Assembly: GCA_964406345.1 (NCBI GenBank)
Contig: CAYORK010000001.1
Coordinates: 88,183 to 152,182 of the forward strand
Direction: 5' to 3'
DNA length: 64,000 bases
Source: an uncultured Actinomycetes bacterium
GTDB lineage: Bacteria > Actinomycetota > Actinomycetes > Nanopelagicales > Nanopelagicaceae
The position numbers and the translations under genes are program-made. The notes under the pieces are model-generated. The model was not told the origin of the DNA and made no database searches. It saw only the letters and a list, made by a program, of their open reading frames with translations. Shown here piece after piece: positions 24,807-33,213 of this stretch; position 1 is the stretch's first letter, and each line of letters starts with the position of its first letter.

Positions 24807-27800
24807 ACCATTCATCCACCTTCGCGCTGTCAGTGGATATTCATTCAAGTTCGGTACCGCATCACCAGATGATCTGATCGCCACGGCAGCGCGATATGGG
24901 ATGCCAGCGCTCGCTCTCGCTGATCGAGACACTCTCGCTGGGACGATCCGATTCGCCAAAGCTGCTTCAAGATCTGGCATAACACCGATCATCGGTATCT
25001 CACTGAGGTTCTTGAACGATAGGAATCGCGTCACTCTCCTTGCTCGCTCCGGCGGTGGTTATCCTGCTTTGGTCCAACTTCTTACCTATATCAACACTCA
25101 CAGTAGCGCTATCGGCGATACCCAGAGTCATACCCAAAAGCGAAAGCCCCTCCTGACGCAGGAGATATTGATCGAGAAGAGCGAACTCACCAAGGAGTTG
25201 ATACTCCTTCACGGGCCCGACTCCTTCCTCCAAGAGAGCATCTGGAATCGAAGGCGGGAACTCGCTCTCAACCATCATCGATCGCTCGAATCGCTCTTCG
25301 CGGAACAGGTGGTCGAATGCGTCTCGCATCTTGCCTCCCTTGGCCCGCGGTCGACCGCCTTCGCTGCTCGCTCCCTCTCTTTTGCACGGGAGGAGGGGCT
25401 TACCGCGGTCGTAAGCAATGAGATCAGGATGCTCGCTCGCGAGGATGCACCGATCGCTGATGTCCTCGATGCCGCACGCCATCTCTCGCCTTTACATGAG
25501 AAGAACGTCAAGCGGATGAATGCAGAGGCGTTCTTCAAGTCCACCGGTGAGATGGATGAGGTGATCCGAGATATCGCTCGCATGGCAGGTGAGCGCAGTG
25601 GTGGGAGATTGCTTCGTGATACCAGGGCCTTGGCAGAACGCGCGATGCTCTCACCAGAGCGTGACATCGGCCTTGGCGAGATCCATCTGCCAGAGCCGGA
25701 GATGGTCGGTGCGCGGGATGAGCGAGAGATGATCCAGATCTTCCAAGATCGAAATCTCGCAGGGCTCAATCGCCGTTATGGGGACCTTCCATCGTCGAGA
25801 TACGAGAGTGCGTTGCAACGGATGCGCGAGGAACTCGATGTCATCCGGATCCTTGGCTTCGAGTCCTACTTCCTCACCGTCGCCGATATCACCGAGGCGA
25901 GTCGGAAGTTAGGGATCCGCGTCGCAGCGCGGGGCAGTGGCGCCGGCTCCTTGGTCTGTCATCTCCTGGGGATCAGCGCGATCGATCCGCTGGAACATGG
26001 TCTGATCATGGAGCGATTCTGTTCGCCACTGCGACGAGAGTTGCCGGATATCGACATCGATGTGGAGTCGGCGCGAAGACTCGAGATCTATGACTTGGTC
26101 CATGAGAGATATGGCAATCAGGTCGCGACCGTCGCGATGGTGGAGCGTTACCGAGCGAGACAAGCGATCCGAGATGTGGGGATGGCACTCGCAATATCGC
26201 CCACCGAGATCGAGATTTTGGCGAAATCGATGCCACATATCCGCGCCGGCAGGATCTCGGAAGTCATGGCAAGACTTCCGGAGTTACGTTCACTGGAGCA
26301 CTCACGTTCCAACTCATCGCTCCTTGCCATGGCGATCGGTCTGGCAGAGAGATTGGACTCATTGCCACGCAATCTTGCGATGCATCCTTGCGCTATCGCG
26401 CTATCCGATAAGGCCTTTCGGACCAGGGCACCGTTAGAGATCAATGCCAGCGGTTATCCGATGATTCAATTCGATAAGGATGATGTCGAGGAGATCGGCT
26501 TGTTGAAACTCGACATCCTGGGCGTGAGAATGCAATCGGCACTCGCTTACACGATCAACGAGATCAAAAGAGTGGATGAGAGTGAGATCGACCTGGATCG
26601 GATTCCACTCGATGATAAGAAGACCTTCGAATTGATCCAATCGACGAAGACCCTCGGTCTCTTCCAGATCGAGAGTCCAGGACAACGGGAGTTGGTAGGC
26701 AAATTCACGCCATCATCGTTTAACGATCTGATCATCGATATCTCACTCTTTCGCCCTGGGCCGGTCAAGAGCGACATGATCTCTCCCTTCCTCAATGCCC
26801 GACATGGTCACGCTCCTTCGAAGATGATCCATCCTGATCTCGAACCGATCCTCTCCGAGACCGAAGGAGTGGTGGTCTTCCACGAGCAGGTGATTCGAAT
26901 CATCGCGACGATGACGGGTGCATCGCTAGCAGAAGGTGATGAGAGGCGAAGAGAACTGGGCAGCCCTGAAGGCCAACAACGAGTCTGTGACTGGTTCTAT
27001 CCCACCGCACTCGCTCGCGGATATCCGCGGAATGTGGTCGATGAGATCTGGGAGGTGTTGCGCGCTTTCGCTTCCTTCGGTTTCTGTAAGGCACATGCCG
27101 CTGCTTTCGCACTCCCTACCTATCAATCCGCTTGGCTCAAGACTCATCACCCTGCGCATTTCTTCGCAGGTCTGCTGACCCATGACCCAGGGATGTATCC
27201 GAAGAGATTGATCCTGGACGAGGTACGGCAGTGGGGGATCGCGATCAAAGGGCTCGATGTCAACAACTCTGATTCGGGGTATCGAGTGTCACGAATCGAT
27301 GAGAGTGATGAAGGAAAGTACGCAATCTCTCTGGCCCTCAGCGAAGTTCAAGGGATCAGCGAAGAGGAGATCGAAAGCATCATTACCAATCGTCCATACA
27401 GTGATTTGAACGACTTCGTCTATCGCTCTGGCGCGAGCCAGCCGATCACAGAGGCGTTGATCCTCCTCGGTGGGTTCACCAGTATCTATGGCGAACAAGT
27501 CAATCGACGCGATCTCTTGCTTCATCTCGGTGATATCCATCGTCTTGCACGCGGTAGTGAGCAGAGACCCAGCGCTGGTCAATTCACCCTCGGTTTCAAG
27601 GCAGAGTTCGTCGAGAGCGGGTTGCCACAGTTGAGTAAGAGCGAGAAGGTGAAGCTGGAACTCGATCACCTCGGGATGGATGTCTCACATCACCTCATCG
27701 AGTTCTACGCAGATTTCCTCAACCATATTGGCGCAGTGAAGTCATCCGAGTTGTTATCACTGCGCTCCAATTCTGAGGTACTGGTAGCTGGAGTGAAGGT

Positions 27801-28059
27801 GGCGTTACAGACACCACCGATCCGATCTGGAAAGCGCGTGATCTTCTTGACGCTCAGTGACGGTCATGGCTGTAGCGACATCACCTTCTTCGAGGATGTG
27901 CAGTCAGAGGCAGCGGAATTGCTCTATTCCAGCTCACTCCTCTTGGTTAGAGCAGTGACGAGAAGGACCGGTGCACGCGGGATATCGCTACGTGCCATCA
28001 AAGCATGGGATCTCGCGCTCTCGTATGAAAGGTGGCGTAGCGTTGCGGTCTGTGAGTGA
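24796..28059 (+). CDS. dnaE2: Error-prone DNA polymerase III alpha paralog DnaE2 (ImuC)
   Basis: 1087 aa, typical DnaE2 length. Palm motif LPDIDIDVES and N-terminal PHP-like region are present. SOS box lies upstream, and a separate full-length dnaE1 lies at 55418. Confidence 0.9.
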   Translation: MSHEPFIHLRAVSGYSFKFGTASPDDLIATAARYGMPALALADRDTLAGTIRFAKAASRSGITPIIGISLRFLNDRNRVTLLARSGGGYPALVQLLTYINTHSSAIGDTQSHTQKRKPLLTQEILIEKSELTKELILLHGPDSFLQESIWNRRRELALNHHRSLESLFAEQVVECVSHLASLGPRSTAFAARSLSFAREEGLTAVVSNEIRMLAREDAPIADVLDAARHLSPLHEKNVKRMNAEAFFKSTGEMDEVIRDIARMAGERSGGRLLRDTRALAERAMLSPERDIGLGEIHLPEPEMVGARDEREMIQIFQDRNLAGLNRRYGDLPSSRYESALQRMREELDVIRILGFESYFLTVADITEASRKLGIRVAARGSGAGSLVCHLLGISAIDPLEHGLIMERFCSPLRRELPDIDIDVESARRLEIYDLVHERYGNQVATVAMVERYRARQAIRDVGMALAISPTEIEILAKSMPHIRAGRISEVMARLPELRSLEHSRSNSSLLAMAIGLAERLDSLPRNLAMHPCAIALSDKAFRTRAPLEINASGYPMIQFDKDDVEEIGLLKLDILGVRMQSALAYTINEIKRVDESEIDLDRIPLDDKKTFELIQSTKTLGLFQIESPGQRELVGKFTPSSFNDLIIDISLFRPGPVKSDMISPFLNARHGHAPSKMIHPDLEPILSETEGVVVFHEQVIRIIATMTGASLAEGDERRRELGSPEGQQRVCDWFYPTALARGYPRNVVDEIWEVLRAFASFGFCKAHAAAFALPTYQSAWLKTHHPAHFFAGLLTHDPGMYPKRLILDEVRQWGIAIKGLDVNNSDSGYRVSRIDESDEGKYAISLALSEVQGISEEEIESIITNRPYSDLNDFVYRSGASQPITEALILLGGFTSIYGEQVNRRDLLLHLGDIHRLARGSEQRPSAGQFTLGFKAEFVESGLPQLSKSEKVKLELDHLGMDVSHHLIEFYADFLNHIGAVKSSELLSLRSNSEVLVAGVKVALQTPPIRSGKRVIFLTLSDGHGCSDITFFEDVQSEAAELLYSSSLLLVRAVTRRTGARGISLRAIKAWDLALSYERWRSVAVCE

Positions 28060-29251
28060 GAGGCCCGTGATCCTCCATGTCGACATGGATGCCTTCTTCG
28101 CATCCGTCGCAGAACTCGACCATCCGCAGTACAGAGGAAAGCCCCTTGTCGTCGGTGCAGGTGCGCGCGGGGTAGTGCTCTCTGCCAACTACCCGGCACG
28201 AAAGTTCGGGATCCGTGCCGCAATGCCAGTAGCAAAGGCGCAACGGATGGCGCCCAGTGCGATCTTCTTGCCACCCGACCATGCTCGCTACAGCGAAGTC
28301 TCTGACTCCATCATGGAGATCTTCCATCGCTTCACGCCCAAGGTCGAGCCTCTCTCACTCGATGAAGCCTTTCTTGATGTCACTGGGTCACAACGTCTCT
28401 TCGGTACCGGCCAAGAGATCGCAGCTCGCATCCGCCAGGAGGTCGAGAGTGAGCAGGGCATCACTTGTTCGGTAGGTATCGCGACGACGAAGTTCATCGC
28501 CAAGCTCGCATCGGGAAAGTGCAAACCTAATGGGATGCTCGAAGTCGACGGAGAGAAGGTCTTGGAATTCCTCCATCCGCTTCCGGTTGGAGATATCTGG
28601 GGCGTTGGACCGAAGACGAACGAGGTACTGCTGAACTTAGGCCTTCGCACCGTGGCTGATATCGCGACGACGCCGCTGGGCACGCTCCAGCGTGCTCTTG
28701 GTGAGGCCTCGGGCAGTGCCATCTACGAATTGGCCTGGGGTAGGGATCACCGTGAGGTGATCAGTGATGAGTCCGAGAAGAGCATCTCTGCGGCAGAGAC
28801 TTTCGCTTATGACTTGGAAGAGAGCGAAGAGATACTCACTGAGTTGATGCGATTGACTGAACGGGCTACCTATCGTTTACGTCGTGCCGGATTGAGGGCA
28901 GGGACGATCTCGATCAAAGTGCGGTTCGCAGATTTCAAGACCATCACTCGCTCGAAGAGCATCGCGAATCCCGTCGATGGAATCGTCGAGACATTCGCTG
29001 TCGCGAAACAACTCTTCCTAGCGCTCCGGCTCTCCGGTGTCCGGATCAGGTTGATCGGGATCTCACTTGAAGGATTGATCTCGGCGGAGTCCGCTCCAGA
29101 GCAGTTGGAGTTGGGGGCGAGAACGAGAGGGTGGCGTGAGGCAGTCTCCGCAGTCGACCAGGCCCTTGCTCGTTTCGGTAAAGGCTCCGTTCGACCGGCG
29201 CGATTGGTGGAACCCGAGGAAGACTCAGGGGATTCTGAACCTAGGGCGTAG
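28052..29251 (+). CDS. dinB: DNA polymerase IV (Y-family), catalytic residues intact
   Basis: HVDMDAFFASV and SLDEAFLDVTG motifs. Start is uncertain (ATG 28025, GTG 28052 or GTG 28067), all coupled to the dnaE2 stop at 28059. C-terminal QLELG is a clamp-binding-like motif. Confidence 0.9.
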   Translation: MSERPVILHVDMDAFFASVAELDHPQYRGKPLVVGAGARGVVLSANYPARKFGIRAAMPVAKAQRMAPSAIFLPPDHARYSEVSDSIMEIFHRFTPKVEPLSLDEAFLDVTGSQRLFGTGQEIAARIRQEVESEQGITCSVGIATTKFIAKLASGKCKPNGMLEVDGEKVLEFLHPLPVGDIWGVGPKTNEVLLNLGLRTVADIATTPLGTLQRALGEASGSAIYELAWGRDHREVISDESEKSISAAETFAYDLEESEEILTELMRLTERATYRLRRAGLRAGTISIKVRFADFKTITRSKSIANPVDGIVETFAVAKQLFLALRLSGVRIRLIGISLEGLISAESAPEQLELGARTRGWREAVSAVDQALARFGKGSVRPARLVEPEEDSGDSEPRA

Positions 29252-29295
29252 AAATCGACATGACTGCCCCGCTTGAGAGGGACTACTCTGTCGCT

Positions 29296-29658
29296 ATGCC
29301 TCTTTCCGATGAAGAGAAACGCCTTCTGGCCGAGATGGAGGCTGCGCTCGCAGTCGATGACCCGAAGTTGGTCTCAACCCTCTCGGGTAAGGCTCGCACG
29401 CCGAAGAAGAATCGGATGTTCGCTGGCATCGCACTCTTCTTCACCGGTATCGCCACTCTCCTCGGGGGCTTGATCTCTCAGACCGTCCCGGTTGGAATCG
29501 TTGGCTTCGTATTTGCGCTGGTAGGACTCGTACTCATCATCTCGAATTTGGCCGGCAAGGGTGAGGTTGGCGTGAAGCAAGTCCGACCCAAGCAGAAGCC
29601 GAAGTGGAGCGCTACCTTGGAAGAACGCTGGGAGCGTCGTCAGCAGGAGAACGAGTAA
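29296..29658 (+). CDS. DUF3040-family membrane protein
   Basis: MPLSDEEKRLLAEMEAALAVDDPKL followed by two TM helices. The start was set at ATG 29296. Confidence 0.75.
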   Translation: MPLSDEEKRLLAEMEAALAVDDPKLVSTLSGKARTPKKNRMFAGIALFFTGIATLLGGLISQTVPVGIVGFVFALVGLVLIISNLAGKGEVGVKQVRPKQKPKWSATLEERWERRQQENE

Positions 29659-30489
29659 TCACTTCATAAAGAGCGCGGTCAGGCGCTTCGTAGTCAGAGT
29701 CGTTCCGATCAAAATCATCACCATGAAGTAGAGCACGTGAGTCAACAGTCCCAGCGATACGTTGCCCAGCATCAATCCACGAACCAATTCGATCGCATGC
29801 CAGAGCGGTAGCGCTTGGATCACGCTCTGGATCCATTCCGGAAAGACGGTGATCGGGTAGAAGGAACCAGAGAAGAGGAACATCGGCAGAAGCACGACAT
29901 TGATCAGGTCCATCTGTTGGTAGGTCTTCATATAGGAGGTAATTGCCATTCCAATAGCCGAGAAGGCGAAAGCGATGATCACCGCCGCCGGGATCGCGGC
30001 GATCGCCCACCAGCTTGTGACCAATCCGAGCGGTGTCACGATGGCCATGAATCCGATGGAATAGATCAGACCTCGAACGAGAGCCCAGATGATCTCGCCA
30101 AGTGCGACATCGAGCGTGCCGAGCGAGGTGGCCAGCATTGATTGATAGAGACGGCCGTGTTTGATCTTGAAGAAGACATTCCAGGTCGAGTCATAGATGG
30201 CGCCATTCATTGCGCTCGTCGCCAAGAGGCCGGGTGCGATGTACATCGCGTAGGTGATCTCAGGCCCTTGTCCCGGTGCGACCGTGCCGATCAACTCTCC
30301 GATTCCATATCCGAATGCGAAGAGAAAGAGGACAGGCTCGACGAAGCCGGTGAGAACGACGATCCAATTCGAAGACTTGAAGGCGATGATGCTTCGCTCG
30401 ATCACAGCGCCGGTGCGTCCCGCGAAGTACTGCTCACCACGCTTACCTACGCGACGCTGAGCGATGGCGACTGCGGAATCGATGATCAC
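29659..30489 (-). CDS. ABC-2-type transporter permease
   Basis: 276 aa, 6 TM helices. Its stop directly abuts the DUF3040 stop (0-nt spacer). Confidence 0.8.
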   Translation of the reverse strand: MIIDSAVAIAQRRVGKRGEQYFAGRTGAVIERSIIAFKSSNWIVVLTGFVEPVLFLFAFGYGIGELIGTVAPGQGPEITYAMYIAPGLLATSAMNGAIYDSTWNVFFKIKHGRLYQSMLATSLGTLDVALGEIIWALVRGLIYSIGFMAIVTPLGLVTSWWAIAAIPAAVIIAFAFSAIGMAITSYMKTYQQMDLINVVLLPMFLFSGSFYPITVFPEWIQSVIQALPLWHAIELVRGLMLGNVSLGLLTHVLYFMVMILIGTTLTTKRLTALFMK

Positions 30490-31358
30490 TTCGCCAACCT
30501 CCGCTCAAAGTTCTTGAAAGCCCATAGAAGTCCTACGACGAGAAGTGCCAGCATCACCGCGATGTGAACGAAGACGAGATGTGTTGGCAGGGCGTAGTCA
30601 TAGGTGAGGAAGCGACCGAGTTCGGTTGCGTGCCAGAGTGGCGAAATCCAGCCGATGGGTTGCAAGAAGATGGGCATCGTCGATAGCGGATAGAAGGTTC
30701 CTGAGAAGAGGAACATCGGCATGATGATGAGACGGTTGATTACGGTAAGGAAGAGATCCTCATTGTCCACATAGGAGACGAAGCCGAGCATCAGCGCTCC
30801 GAATCCTGCTCCGGCAAGGATCGCAACTGGAATGGCCATCCAGGATGTCGGAGAGTCGAGTGCTCCGAAGAGATAGAGCAAGAGCCAGTAGCAAGTCACG
30901 GCGAAGACCGTTCGAACCATGGCGGCGAGGAACACTCCCGTGGCGATCTGACGAGGTGAGAGTGGAGTCGAGTTCATGGCGAAGTAAGTCTTTTGCCATT
31001 TGAAGCCATCGAGAGATGGGAAGACCACCTCATCCATTGCACCAGTGATTGCAGTCGTGGCGAGAAGTGCTGGCGCGATGAAGGTTAGGTAGGGGACTCC
31101 GCCGACGCCTTCGCTTCCAAGGTTCTGATCGACTAGTGCTCCGATGCCGATTCCGACTGAGACGAGATAGAGCATGGGGTTGGCGAGTGCTTCGAAGGCG
31201 ATGACCCAGAAGAACTTCCACATGTTGCGGATGCGAGCTTCAGTGACAGAGAGCGCGCCTTGGCGAGAGATTCTCTTGATGTTGACCAATCGGAGGGACC
31301 CGACTCGCTCGCTCTCGACTTTCGTCGCACCGGTGTGCATCTTTGCCATCTTGGACAT
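30486..31358 (-). CDS. ABC-2-type transporter permease
   Basis: About 290 aa, 6 TM helices. The ATG shares one base with the ATPase stop (TGATG). Confidence 0.8.
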   Translation of the reverse strand: MSKMAKMHTGATKVESERVGSLRLVNIKRISRQGALSVTEARIRNMWKFFWVIAFEALANPMLYLVSVGIGIGALVDQNLGSEGVGGVPYLTFIAPALLATTAITGAMDEVVFPSLDGFKWQKTYFAMNSTPLSPRQIATGVFLAAMVRTVFAVTCYWLLLYLFGALDSPTSWMAIPVAILAGAGFGALMLGFVSYVDNEDLFLTVINRLIIMPMFLFSGTFYPLSTMPIFLQPIGWISPLWHATELGRFLTYDYALPTHLVFVHIAVMLALLVVGLLWAFKNFERRLAK

Positions 31359-32320
31359 CAATCCACGAGAGAGCGACCGGTCAGTCGCAAGAAGACATCT
31401 TCGAGGGAGGATCGACGGACGAGCGAAGTCAAAGGGTGTAGACCCTTCTTGTAGACCTGCTCAAGGATCTCCTCTCCATCCTCGCCGTACATCAAAATGC
31501 GGTCCGGGAGTACTTCTATTCGTTCACAAAGCGCGGTCAACTGGTCCGAAAGTGTTTGGTTCCTTTCGGAGCCGAATCGAACCTCCAACACCTCTTTGGT
31601 GGAGTAGATCCGGATGAGTTCCTGTGGCGAAGCCTCCGCCATGATCTTTCCCTTATCCATGACGATGAGGCGATCACAGAGTTGCTCAGCTTCGTCCATG
31701 TAATGGGTCGTGATGAGGAGTGTGACGCCCAATTCTTTGAGTCGGAAGAGACGATCCCAGAGGATATGACGCGCCTGTGGGTCGAGCCCAGTCGTCGGCT
31801 CATCGAGCATGAGGATCTCGGGTTCGCTGACGAGAGAACGTGCGATGGTCAATCGCCGTTTCATTCCACCACTGAGCGCCTCCACTTTGGTGTTGCGCTT
31901 CTCCTCCAACTGCGCGAACTCCAAGAGTTCCTCGATCTTCTTGCGGATGAATGGGCGTGAGAGGCCGAAGTAACGTCCATAGATGTAGAGGTTCTCCTCG
32001 ACCGTGATCTGGGTGTCGAGGTTGTCCGTCTGTGGGACCACGCCGAGGTGAGCGCGGATTTCTGGACCGTGGAGATCAGGGTCCTTACCGAGGATCGTGA
32101 TCTCGCCCCCGGTTCGCTGTGAGGTGGCAGCGATGATCCGCATGGTGCTCGACTTGCCCGCGCCGTTGGGGCCGAGGAATCCGAAGGACTCTCCCTTTCG
32201 CACTTCGAAGTCGATCCCAGCAACCGCCTCAAAGTCCCCGTAGCGCTTGATCAGACCCTTGGCGGTGATGAGAGGGGTGCCATTCGGGGTTTGCGAGATC
32301 TCTGAAGTTCTGGTGGACAT
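31358..32320 (-). CDS. ABC transporter ATP-binding protein (DrrA/NodI-like exporter ATPase)
   Basis: Walker A GPNGAGKSS, signature LSGGMKRR, Walker B LMLDEPTTGLD. Confidence 0.9.
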   Translation of the reverse strand: MSTRTSEISQTPNGTPLITAKGLIKRYGDFEAVAGIDFEVRKGESFGFLGPNGAGKSSTMRIIAATSQRTGGEITILGKDPDLHGPEIRAHLGVVPQTDNLDTQITVEENLYIYGRYFGLSRPFIRKKIEELLEFAQLEEKRNTKVEALSGGMKRRLTIARSLVSEPEILMLDEPTTGLDPQARHILWDRLFRLKELGVTLLITTHYMDEAEQLCDRLIVMDKGKIMAEASPQELIRIYSTKEVLEVRFGSERNQTLSDQLTALCERIEVLPDRILMYGEDGEEILEQVYKKGLHPLTSLVRRSSLEDVFLRLTGRSLVD

Positions 32321-32360
32321 AGGCGGACGAGCCTAGCCATCACGGATAGCGCTCGCCTCG

Positions 32361-32438
32361 GTGGGGAGGGGTGGGGGGTACGGGGGAAATAAGTGGCGAT
32401 AGGTGGTTGAAAAGGGAGGAAAAGGGAGTAAAGTGGGG
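32361..32438 (+). promoter_or_regulatory. Candidate MraZ operator: phased GTGG(G) direct repeats
   Basis: GTGG begins at 32361, 32371, 32393, 32403 and 32433 (spacings 10, 22, 10 and 30 nt), 60-130 nt upstream of mraZ. This resembles the 10-nt phased TGGG-type MraZ boxes known from E. coli. Confidence 0.5.
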
Positions 32439-32492
32439 AATAGAGCGAGACGGGGGTCTTGCTCAAGAAGTAAAGAAACAAGGGGAAAACCA

Positions 32493-32924
32493 GTGTTTTT
32501 AGGGACTCACGAACCTCGACTCGATGAGAAGGGTCGATTGATTCTCCCCGCAAAGTTCCGTGAACCCCTTGCCCCAGGACTCGTCATAACCAAGGGCCAA
32601 GAGCGTTGCCTCTATGTCTTTCCGGCCGATGAGTTCGCCCGAATCACCGAGCAGCTTCGCCAAACCCCACTCACCGCCAAGAGCGCTCGCGACTACATGC
32701 GAGTGATGTTCGCCGGCGCCCACGACGAGATTCCAGACAAACAGGGTCGCGTGACCATCCCAAACGGGTTGCGTGATTACGCCTCACTGACGAAGGAGTG
32801 CGTGGTCATCGGTGCCAATACCCGCGTCGAGATCTGGGATGCGAAGTCGTGGCAGAGCTATCTCGCTGACCGCGAAGGAGATTTTGCAAACGTCTCGGAG
32901 GAGATCTTTCCAGGTCTCTTCTGA
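32493..32924 (+). CDS. mraZ: Division/cell wall cluster transcriptional regulator MraZ
   Basis: 143 aa from GTG 32493 (SD AAGGGGAAAA). Two SpoVT/AbrB-like halves carry DEKGRLILP and DKQGRVTIP. Confidence 0.9.
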   Translation: MFLGTHEPRLDEKGRLILPAKFREPLAPGLVITKGQERCLYVFPADEFARITEQLRQTPLTAKSARDYMRVMFAGAHDEIPDKQGRVTIPNGLRDYASLTKECVVIGANTRVEIWDAKSWQSYLADREGDFANVSEEIFPGLF

Positions 32925-33147
32925 GGGAACCAATTCCAGAAGTACAACTACATAGCGATGAAGTGAGCAGGGCCGTTCTGGCCACTGTCGACCTTCACAG
33001 AATCGGCACTGCTTCCCCGGTGCCGATTTACCCCCCCCATCCGTCGGCCGACAGTGACCAGAGCGTCTCTTCAACTCCATCGCAACCTGAATTCGGGATT
33101 CGAATCCTTGATTCAAAAGACTTGATCCAACAGAAGTGTGAAGCGCC

Positions 33148-33198
33148 AGAGATAGAGCAACACAAGAGATAGAGCAACACAAGTGATAGAGCAGCAGG
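33148..33198 (+). repeat. 17-nt tandem repeat x3 (AGAGATAGAGCAACACA, identical copy, then a 13/17 copy) just upstream of the rsmH SD
   Basis: Read directly: 33148-33164 and 33165-33181 are identical; 33182-33198 is AGTGATAGAGCAGCAGG. Confidence 0.9.
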
Positions 33199-33213
33199 AG
33201 AGAGGTGGGGAAG

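Noticed and set aside
33088-33115. tRNA T-arm-like sequence GGGATTCGAATCC in the mraZ-rsmH spacer.
   Set aside because: No acceptor stem, D-arm or anticodon arm can be built around it, and the flanking 5-bp T-stem does not pair. It is better described as a 12-nt palindrome or small hairpin.
32963-33172. 69-aa ORF inside the mraZ-rsmH spacer.
   Set aside because: It has no SD and a proline/serine-rich, low-complexity translation. It runs through the hairpins, the C8 tract and the tandem repeat. The region is better explained as structured non-coding RNA or DNA.
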